Assembly (NCBI GenBank): GCA_021432655.1
Contig: MU271205.1
Location: 124,001-154,342 of the forward strand
Reading direction: 5' to 3'
Source of the DNA: Atractiella rhizophila
Taxonomy: Eukaryota
DNA length: 30,342 nucleotides
The notes beneath the pieces were generated by a model that was not told the DNA's origin, did no database searches, and saw only the letters and a program-made list of their open reading frames with translations. Below are positions 10,955-21,501 of this stretch, one piece after another (position 1 is the stretch's first letter; each line of letters opens with the position of its first letter). The position numbers and the translations under genes are program-made.

Positions 10955-13900
10955 GTGTGAATGGAGGGGTCGTGATGCGCGAGGCTGGCTCTGAGGTACC
11001 GCGGAGTCAGCTCTTTGACTGGCTGGCTTATGAGTGAGGAATGGATTGTCATCTTCAGCAGATGGCACCGAATTTAATGCTTGCTCTAATGCCGATTTGG
11101 GATGATTGGTTGACGTCCTGGACTTTTTGACGATGGTGGAGCAGCTGAGTTTCGTCGAGTGTTATCCTTTTCTTCAAGGAACTGCAACACCTTCGATCCC
11201 CTGCGGCCAAGACTCTGGATTGAATGTCAGCAGGGATTTGGCAGATGGGAAAGAGCCGAACCGAGACATCTGCGAAGAACTCCAACTGCTGCTTGGCCAG
11301 AGAAAGGTTAGAACGTAACAATTTGGCGTCGGGAGCCTCAGGATTCTCTATGGCTGACATCAGTCCACCGAAAGTCTCCACTTTGAGTGGGACGAACGAA
11401 GTAGCTCAATTCCCAAAATGATGGCGCCGCTGATGACCTTGTAAGTCAGCCCGCCCCACTTCTGCTTCATGGCCGGCATCCTCGAAATGGCGAGGATTAT
11501 CTGAAGCCGATTAATTTATGGATTGTAATAGATACAGTGGTACTAACCTTCGAGTACTTCAGGCATTGGGACCTGGAATATGCGTATTCCGCATTGTGGT
11601 AGCCGAGGATAAGATAAGGACGATGAATTCGAATGTATTCTTGAGCCAGACCAATCCAAATCATGCTGCAAGTACAGTCAGAAACAGTTGTCAATTTCAG
11701 GAAAGACAACGTAAACGTACTATGTTCGCATTTCAGACGCTGTCACATGATCGGATGGTGGAATAATATTCCAGTAGTCTTCCCTGTCGAATTTCAACAG
11801 ATAGAAAGGAGGCAGGTTGTCCTCGATCTGGTCAATGTTATCAGCCTTTTCGCCTCCCGACAGTAGGAGAAGCCGAACCTCCCGAATTTGCGAATCCAGC
11901 TGAAAGATTTCGCTATAGGTGACACCTTTGATACCAAAAGCCCGCTTAGACTGTGGAGTTGAGTTAGTTAGTTTTCATTAGGAAATAGAGAAGAGAAGTA
12001 CTATTTTGACGGCAACTTGGGCTATCCGTATGCGAATAAGCAAAGAGGTCATAACGGTCTCCTTCTTGCTAGTTTTCTTCACCGTCTGCTCCGCATCTTT
12101 GAACTCTTTCTTGCTAAAATCTTCGTCGTTCATGTCGTCGGGAAGTTCTACAGTCACAATGAGCTCTGGACATTGTAACTTTTGAAAGTGAAAGCGAACT
12201 TACTGACATCGATGGCTTCCATATCAAAATTTGACCATGTCCTGCCAAGAGAGCTACAACAAGTGAATCAACAAGACTAAACGAAGGCAACAAAGTTACT
12301 AACCTGGAGCTTAAGGTGAGGAGATGGAATAGTGTCCAAAAGATACGTCGACGATCCTCAGCTTCAAGATAGGTGAATTTTTTATCCATGCGATCCGGAT
12401 CTCGGTTGAGGCCAAGCTGGACTGCAAGTTGGACGGCCATCGTGAGGATGGAAATTCCCCCGTTGACGGATTCTCCAGTGGCCATAAAGACGAAACTGCG
12501 TAAGCATCCAAATGAGCCGATAGTTATTTGATCAAAGATGGAGGTTCACTAAGCATTGATAATGATAAGAGCTCGAATGGCATCGAGCGTTGGCGTGTCC
12601 AAAAATTTTCCCGCCGTCAGAGCAATCATCGCACCTTCCAACCACGTATTCGCTAGCTTGTCCTTATCAACGGGAAAACCGTCGCGCCTGGCCCGGGAGG
12701 AAGGCATCATGGCCAAACCGACACCACACTGAGGATATCATGATTACTATGGGTCCTCGGAAATAGATGTGGCACGCACCAATGAAAGATACACGGCCAA
12801 GAAAAAAGGGTCCACTGCGTCCGGATTCTTCTCCGCCGTCTCTCTCAGGCGTTGCATTTGGAAGTGAAAGGTGGGAGTGTGGCATGCATGCAGATACCTG
12901 CTGTGGAATTAGCTCGTAGACGCGCAGATAGAATGAACGAACCAGTCGACATAAGAAAAATAGTAACTGAGCGCGCTGTTGGCCTGCTCCAATAATGGCA
13001 TGCATTTGAGGGCATCCTTCACGGTGGCAGTCTCCGAAGCGTAAGATAATCTTGCCAGACTGCTGGCCGCTGTATCCGCACCTGGCGCAGGTTGGTTTGA
13101 TCCAGAACTGGGTATAGTCGTCGAGAGTCCATACGCTTGCGGAAGAGCAGCACAAAAGGTCCTGGCCTCATCGAAGATCTGGGTTTCCTTCAACTTCTCC
13201 CCTGTCGGCTCATCGATCCGCATAATCTGCGAAATGGCCAAATGACTGAGCGCCTCGCAGAGGTCATTCGCTTTCAAATCCACCTCTTCCTGTTGAGATG
13301 CGTTTGACAAAGCCCTGTTATCATCCAGAACGCGTTGTTGTGCTTCCGGCAAATTGAGGTTGCCGCCATTGTTTGGGTTCGCGAGGACGTCAACGAGCGC
13401 TTGAAGCCGATCTACTTGGGCGCGTAGCTCGGCCATATCATTCATATCTCTAGCAAGGTATCTGTGGTCAAGGAATTAGAAAAACCATCAGAACGTGAAG
13501 ATGGCTGAGGATTACACACAGAGGCACGGCATTTTCCCAGCTGCACAGGTGAGCCTCTCCTCGCTGTTGACACGCCGAACAAGGAACCTGATCGCACAAT
13601 ACGCCGTTCAACAATGGAGAACCCTGAGGCAGAAGGACGCACCAATCGATCGCACCTTAATTTCTTCTTTCTGCCTGAAGAAAATTTAGTCAGGAGAATG
13701 ACATTGAAAGCTACCTACAAGGGGCACCTGTACCAAGGCCAGTCAGTCAGTATTCATGCGATCAGAGGTATTAGTAAGAGTATCCGAATTCGGCTGCCTG
13801 TTCAGATGAGAGTTTGGATACCGGTAATACCTCCGGCAGCAGAGGAATCGCCCGTTTTCAATAGTCAAAGTGCGCACTAAGGGCCAGCACGCTGAGATGA

Positions 13901-14548
13901 TTGCGACACCAGCCTTTAGGTGCGAACTTTGTCGTTGCTAATATATCCGCATTCAGATCCTTGCTTGTCATTCATGCACAGCTCGGATTCGTATCGCTCA
14001 TCTCATTCCAGCAGCCATTTGAAGATGTGCCACTGTGGTCATCTCGCGGCTGGATCCGAAAGTAATATCAAAGAACGAAAACTGCTACTAATATGCCAAG
14101 CAGCAGAAGAGTGAAACAGCTTCCGAGTGGTGCGCAACTCAGGCTCAGGAGTGAACGGTTTCACAATATGCAACTCCCAGTTGAACACCAGATCAAGAAG
14201 AAACTCACAACTAGCCGGTTTCCTGTTCCTCGTCTTCTTTTTCGCAGGCGGAGTATCCTCCTTCATATCCCTCCGCATTCCTTGATTTCCAGTTTGGTTC
14301 ATATCGAGTCCTCCAATAACGGGCATATTAGTATCGAAGATCCTCTGTGTGTTGCCTTGAGAGCCAGTGGATGTTTCTGCTGGAACCTGCCGAAGAGAAA
14401 CTGGGTATGGGGCAAAGATTGGATTGTTGGAAAGCGACCACTGGGGTTGTGGTGGATTCACATTTGTTTGGAGAGGGGCGGGGAGTGCCGAGGTTTGATG
14501 GTCCCCTGGATCATAAAGCATGGTAGGATTATATGCCGACGACGCCAT
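10955..14548 (-). CDS. Zn(II)2Cys6 (Gal4-type) transcription factor with fungal-specific TF domain; multi-exon, 3' end in the gap and mirrored segment
   Basis: ATG at 14548. Exons 14548-14209, 13727-13719, 13674-13643, 13587-13520 and 13461-... splice to RNRKPASCAPCRKKKLRCDRLVPCSACQQRGEAHLCSW. Followed by a coiled coil (ELRAQVDRLQALV) and the middle-homology motif AVQLGLNRDP...EAEDRRRIFWTL. Apparent 1-nt frameshift at the T-run 11124-11128. Confidence 0.9.
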
Positions 14549-15758
14549 TGAGTGTCGACTTGGTGTCCAGAGCGTACAACCCACGTAGAACCGAGTCGAG
14601 TTGAATGCTACAGACAAGGTCAGATTGGTAACGCCGGACGATGCTCAGCAATCAGAAGCACGAGACGCTTGTCGAGATCTTACAATTCACCTTCCAGCGA
14701 CTTATCCGGCCAATGTTATTCCTTATCCGAGCTGCGTAGAAGCGGCCAGAATGGTCGAAGGAGGAGATGTTCGTCGTTGAAATTGATCGAAGTCACGTGT
14801 CTCAGACACCCACGAATTTATTTGACGCTGCGCCACCATCTGGAGGCTCATCTGGGTTCGCCAACTAGATATGAAGATCATATCCTGCCTTCTGGAACGC
14901 CCATTTTCTTGCAGAGGCTCGAAGCTGAGATGCCCATCGAATTTGCGAGGTATTCCGTGGATTCCAGACTGTCAACCCGAGAAAAGGTCGAGTTCCAGGT
15001 CGAGTTCAAGCGAGATGTGCGAGAGAACATTTGGAATCCGAAATGGCTGGCATATAAAAGTCTACGAACAGCCGAACTTCGCCCTCGATCTCATGCCGAC
15101 TGGTGTTTCGTATCCCCAGATCGATGAGAAAGCCATACGGAACTCCGGTCACCAATAGAAGTTAAAAGAACCTCAAACTTCCAAGTGAGGCCCTCTCCTC
15201 ACGATTTTACTGCGAACTTGCAAGAGAGTGGGCGAACGGTCAGGGTAACTGTTTGATGATCGGTGCAGAACGACGGCGACTCGAAGGAGTCTAAATCTGG
15301 AGGATTTTCTCGATTTTCCTGCTTGAACTTCAACGTCAAAGTTTTCCATCGGGACATCTGATTTTGAGCATGACATGGAGCTGCATTTGAATATGAGATG
15401 AAAGCCCGTCGACCCCTGTCTTTATTGTCTCTTACGTGCTTCTGGTCTTTTAGTGTAGGGTATTGTCACAAAGCCGACCAAGGTGTCGAGATGAGATCGG
15501 ACGGGACAGGGGTATGAGAAACGCAGGGGATCACAGTTAAAGCCATGGAGGCTTGAAAGTTCTGGGGATCCTTGCTAGGCCATTGTTTCCACTGATTTTG
15601 CGACGGCGACAGGTTTTCACATTCTCTAACTGACGAGGACATAAATACAAGACATTGCAATGCAGAGCTTAAAACCAATACACATGATCAGTAGCACAAG
15701 TACCATAGGCAATAAATTGAGCTTTACACGCAAGAAGCAAACTTGAAGTGAGCTCACT

Positions 15759-17626
15759 TTAGACATCCATACCACGAATTAAGTGGTTCCACTCCTCCTG
15801 TACATCTCCCCGTCCATATCCTTCACGACGACGTTGGTTTTCCAACCACCCGTCCCGTGTCGCATAAAGTTCATCTTCCCTGGAGGGGTTACTGGGCGGT
15901 CCAGCCACCATAGGCTGCACGATAACCTTCGAAGGAGTTGGTACATTAGGTTCCTTTGTTGTCCACCGGCAAGTCGTACTGCTCCGAGCGCAAGGACGGC
16001 AAATGAGGCAATTTGGTGTACATTCTATGTTCAAGCGACTGTTGCGACATTGTTAGTAATGTTAGTTTAATTACCAGAAGAAAAAGATACCACGTACCGA
16101 CAACGGTCACACTTGTCTTCTGCCTCTTGCAGTAACTTTGCTTGTGCCGGTCCATCAATAGCATTGTCCATAGAGACAGTCGAATAACGGTTGAACATTT
16201 CTTTTGTAGTCGTTTTGCAGAGGGCACCATCGTTGGCACAAGAAAGGCACTCGTGTCCGCCTCTAGGATTGTTCATGCAGGGTCTGTTTAAACGGCTATC
16301 CAGTTCCCTACCTCAGGAAAGTGACTCGAGGGATGAGCAGAGATACGAACCGACAACGGTCGCAGACCTCTCTGATCCCTCCATCGCTCAGATCTGCCTC
16401 AAACGACTCGTTCGTTCCGTCGCGGAGTTGCTGAACCGAATGAGTCTCCGATATAGGGCTAGGTGGTGCCTTCGATGCCCATTGGCATACAGCACCCTCA
16501 CGTGCGCAACGCAGACAAGTCCCCCCACTCGATGAATTGGCGATGCATTCCCGGTTCAAACGCCTGGCTCAGTCAGTCCACAAGTTATACTTGTAATCAA
16601 GAGGAAGAACAAACCGACAACGGTTACAGCCTTCTCCTGCTGCCTCTTTCGCCCGCAAGTTGACTCGCGTTAGCCCTTGGGTTTCGTCCTCAGTAGTTGG
16701 CCGTACGTGAGAGAATGCATTTGAGGCCATTCCTTTGGAAGGCCACTTGCAGATGGCAGAGTCGATGCCGCAAGAGACACAAGTTGTGCTCCAATAATAG
16801 CGCATGCACGATCGATTCAAGCGACTGTGGATCCCAGATGCTCAGGGAATGAAAAAACGGGAGGAAGAACGAACCGACAACGAGAACAGACCTCTCTCGT
16901 ATCCTTTTCGTGCACCTCGAGCGACACCGGTCCCTCAGACTTAGTTTCAAACGAGATTCTTGATGTATTAGCTGCATTCGTTGCCGTTTCTATCCATGCC
17001 CACCTGCAATTGACGCGATCGTTGGAACAAGAAACACAACTGTTGTGCCATGGAGTGCGCATGCAAGATCGATTTAAACGACTACCCAATGAAAGATCTC
17101 TATAAGTTATCCTTTCTATCTTTATAGAAGGAGAAGGAATACGAACCGACATCGAACACAAGTCTCTATCATCCAGCCCTTCTGCGCCACCGTTTCTGTC
17201 GATGGCCACTTGCAACTTTCGCCGGCTCTGGAACATCGCATGCAGGCTCCTTCACCATCCTTACTAAATTTGAACCTTCGGCAATTTTTGTTCAAACGAC
17301 TGTGGTCACCCGTCAGTATCAAAAGGGCAAGAAAAAGGCTGAACGAACCGACATCGATCACATTTCGTGCTATGAGAATCAGGCAAACGCGCGCGTCTGT
17401 GTAACTCTGTCAAAATGGTATTATTCTGATCGAAGGGAGGAACAAACGGCTCCTTGCAGACTGCCTGTCGGTCTGAACCGAGTTGCTTGGATTCTTGCAT
17501 GTTGCGGTTATTTGTGAGTGGAGCCTGAGAGAAACGCTGTCGTTTGCCCAGGACTGACGGAATTCCAGCCATAAACATCAGGGCTGAGGCAGCAGCACTC
17601 TCCAGTACTGAAACATGATCAGTCAT
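15759..17626 (-). CDS. Protein with six tandem Zn(II)2Cys6 clusters (~512 aa, 7 exons)
   Basis: Exons 17626-17349, 17299-17147, 17081-16875, 16824-16615, 16563-16351, 16295-16098 and 16038-15759 total 1539 nt in one open frame. Six C-x2-C-x6-C-x6/12-C-x2-C-x6-C units. All six introns are GT-AG, 49-65 nt and phase 2. The start codon choice is less certain. Confidence 0.88.
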
Positions 17627-18705
17627 CCACAGTCCTGCCAGGAAGAACAATTGCCTAGCGATTCTGGATTATCCCCGGTCGAATCATGCTCTGGCTCCGT
17701 CACATATCTATTGTAAAAATAAGTGCGACGTCAATAACACCAAACCACTTACATCTCTTGATTTGAATGGCTCTACGAGTTAAATTAGGAGCCTTCAATT
17801 CTGAAGTAGTACAACATACCATAGGTATGGTTGGCAGGAAAGGTATAGTTAGGGTTTTGTTTATCCTGCATCCAGAAATCAACACGCTGTAAATACGTGC
17901 ATGCGGAGGAACGAACGCATTCATGACAGCGAGACTGTCCAATCTCCAGCAATGTCCACTGTAGCTACCTAATCCTCCTGGTTCAACAGGCACAGATTCG
18001 CAGCTTATTGCTTTATCACTCACGCTGTGACTTAAGCTGGGAGCTAGATTGTGCCGTCACATCCCCTATTCCTGCATATAGTGAAAGGAACTGGCTCACA
18101 AGAGGACGTCACAGCATTCCTCATAACAGTACCAACTGCTTGTTTTTGACCGGGATTTGCGCTGATATTTCCACTTCAATTGCCTCTTGCCCCCGTCATA
18201 CAGGTGAATGAAGGACTTCTGGAAAGGGAACCTCCTTAAGTGCTGGTCCTGGATGGTCGTTCGATTTGAACAAGGGAACAACAAAAACAAAGTTTACAGC
18301 TTTCAATAGAACCAAAATAAGGGATTCTATGGGAAGATCCGCCGCCCATCTTGCCGCAAGAGCCCAAAACCTTGCTTATTACAGCTCATCGTTTATATTT
18401 ACTATTTGCTACAATAGTGAAAAAGGAGAGACAAACATACTTGCCGGAGCTTTTTCAAGAAAACAAAAGTTGTGACCCAAATTGTGGTGAGATCGCAAAT
18501 GCTGCGGAAGTACAGCAAACAACCAAAGGCGGATCCGAGGACAAGGTAGAATTGTTTAGGCAAAGTATCAGAGGACTTCATTAGCTAGTACTAATGAGTG
18601 GTAAAATTACATATTGAGTATCAATATGACAGCAATGACAAGTGCGTACAAAACATGAACTGAGTGGCAATAGTGAGTTCCAATCCACCGTTCTCTTCTG
18701 ATCGA

Positions 18706-21430
18706 TCATTCTTCTTCCATGATATCCAACTTTTCTTGAACTCGTGTTGGATCAGCATGCTTCACGGGTTCGGCTTCATGCAGCTCTGCAATCTCGATAT
18801 CGTCTTTTGCGGCGTTCAGCTTGAAATGGACCGCATCCCCATTTCTTATGGTTCCTTTCAAAAGTGCCATAGCAAGCGGTTGCCGAATCTGTTCACATAC
18901 ATCAATTTACGCCTCAGTTCACGATGTAAGGGGAGCAGAAGAAGGGAACAAACCTTTCTACCCACAAGTCGATTTAAAGCTCTTGCTCCGTACACAACAT
19001 CGTACCCCTTATCCGCCAGCCACATCTTCACATCCTCCCCACAAACCAGCGTCATATGCCTCTCTTCCAAGCTCTTCTGCACATCTGACAATCTCAGGTC
19101 AACAATGTCCAGGATTGCCTGCTTCGACAATTTATTGAAGACTATCTGGTCGTCAAGCCTGTTGAGAAGCTCTGGTGGATAACTCGCAGCGACGAAATCG
19201 AGGACTGCTTGCTTTGAAGCAGGTGAGACGCTCCCATCTGCATTAGTGGAGCTGGCGGACTTGAGGATGTCAGAGCCGAGGTTGGAGGTAAGGATGATAA
19301 TTGTGTTTTTGAAGTCGATCTTCCGACCCTGTGAATCTTGGAGTAGCCCTTCGTCGAGAATTTGTAGGAGAATGTTCGCTACGTCCTATGTGAGCATTCT
19401 GGCATTGAGAAACATCCAAAAAACCAAGAAATAAGGAAAGAAGGGCGTACTTTATGTGCCTTCTCGAACTCATCAAACAACACTACGCTATATGGTCTTC
19501 TCCTTACTTGCTCAGTAAGCTGACCTGATTCCTCATATCCCACATATCCCGGTGCGGCACCAATGAGTCTGGACACATTGAACCGCTCTCCATATTCGGA
19601 CATGTTGATGGTTATGAGAGCCTTCTCGTCATCAAAAAGGAACTGTGCAAGTCTTTTCGCAAGCTCCGTCTTTCCCACGCCCGTCGGTCCAAGAAAGAGT
19701 AAACTCGCCAAAGGTCTGCGCGAGGACTGAAGACCCGTGCGAGACATTCTTATCGCATCCGAAACTACTTTTACTGCTTCATCTTGCCCGACAACTGAAG
19801 AACCCAGCACCCGCTCCATGTCCAGCAATCGATCCCTCTCCCCTCGAAAGAGATTCGTGACTGGAACACCAGTCTGTTTGCTAACGACTCTCGCGACGTC
19901 CTTTGGCATAACCCTATCGCTGAGCATGAGGACCCCATCCTTCTCTCCCTTCAGCACCTCGTCCACATCTTCTTCCTCCCCTTCTGCAACGTCCTCCGGC
20001 AATTGCTTCTCCAACCCCGGAATCACTCCGTATCTCAACTCTGAAGCACGGAGGAAGTTACCCTGCCGTTCCATCTCCTCCAGCTCAAACTTGGCCTTCT
20101 CCAGCTCCTTTCTCTTCGCTCTTACGTGCTCTACTCTCTTTCTCTCCTCCTGCCACCTCCTTTCTACGTCCCCTTTTCGCAGCTCCAGATCTTCGATTTC
20201 TTCTTTCAGTTTCTCCTTCCTGGCAACGGAGAAACTATCTGTGTCCTTCTGTAAGGAAGTCAACTCAATCTGTTTCTCAAGAAGGCTACGCGTGAGGGAT
20301 TGAAGAATAGGAGGAGGAGACTCCAGAGCTATACGAAGAGAGGAGGCGGCCTCATCGATCAGATCTATGGCCTTGTCTGGCAAATATCGATCTGTGATAT
20401 ATCGGTGTGAATACGCAGCTGCAGAGACGAGGGCTGAATCGGAGATGGACACGCCATGGTGTTGCTCGTATTTAGTTTTCAAGCCTCGGAGCATGGTGAT
20501 CGTTTCTGCACGCTCGCTGTATTAGCCAAGGCGAATGAGTAGGATAGAAGAAAAGATGAACCTGCTACACCTGGTTCCTGTATTTGGATAGCTTGAAATC
20601 TTCTCGCCAATGCTACATCCTTCTCTATTGTTTTCCGATACTCATCCAAACTAAACAGACCTAACTCAACCTCCAAATCAACTGCGAGTTCGAGAATACT
20701 CACGTAGTCGCACCGGCCAGCTGCAAACCTCTAGCGAGAGCAGGCTTCAACAGATTCCCACCGTCGAGACTACCTTCCGCTTTGCCCAAGTTCAAGAGTG
20801 TATGAAGTTCATCAATGAAGATGATCACCTTCCCCAGCTCGTCTTGTATGTCATTTAGAAGCGCTTTAAAGCGTTCTTCGAACGATCCACGGACGCCGGT
20901 GCCTGAGATGAGGGAGGCGAGGTCCAAAGAGAGTACCCGCTTATCTTGCAGCGAAACTGGAACTTCTCGACGCAGTATTCGTTGTGCTAATCCCTCGATG
21001 ATAGCCGTCTTTCCAACGCCAGCGGGGCCAATGAGGACTGTCCAACACAAAAGAATTAACACTCTGTCTTCAAGGGAATGGCATGGTTAAGTAGCATCAC
21101 TCTGAATCAAACATTCGTTCAAGCCGTTCAAGTTTCAGGCATGAGAGATAAAGTTATGCTGTTTGGACTGGGGAAACTTTCAGGTGTCTCTGCACCTCGT
21201 GCTGTCACAGTCCACAGTCATCGATGACGAAAGAGAAAAAATGCAATGGTAATTGCGCATCCCTTCTCTTGAGCGTGAGCGTTCTAATCTTGGTAGCGAG
21301 GAAGTTCATACGCTCGATGCTGCTTAGGATTGCGAGAACTGAACGCACCTGGATTATTTTTCGTCCGCCGACTCAAAACTTGTAGAAACCTCAAGATTTC
21401 TTCTCTTGAGCCGAGAACCTTCTTGCTGAG
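18706..21430 (-). CDS. HSP78: ClpB/Hsp104-family AAA+ disaggregase, Hsp78-like; start unresolved
   Basis: NBD1 motifs [26 protein letters not shown] and ALARRF; coiled-coil middle domain; NBD2 motifs [23 protein letters not shown] and [11 protein letters not shown]; stop at 18706-18708. No Clp N-domain is visible, hence the Hsp78-like call. Confidence 0.85.
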
Positions 21431-21501
21431 AGATCGAACGTGAACGACCAACGACGAAACCAGGAACAGTCGTCTATTCTACTCAAGCAGCAGCAGAAAA
21501 C

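Noticed and set aside
14552..15127. 191-aa + strand ORF upstream of the TF
   Set aside because: GTG start, no recognisable motif, and it lies in the presumed TF promoter. Unsupported without expression data.
16030..17360. Recurring gaaccgaca / caaacgact motifs as a CRISPR-like or regulatory repeat array
   Set aside because: They are the conserved splice junctions of the six-cluster gene. Spacing follows exon length and the context is eukaryotic.
13520..17626. Six-cluster gene derived from the adjacent single-cluster TF
   Set aside because: Intron positions differ (phase 1 within the Cys1/Cys2 codons versus phase 2 in the Arg after Cys2) and the loop sequences differ.
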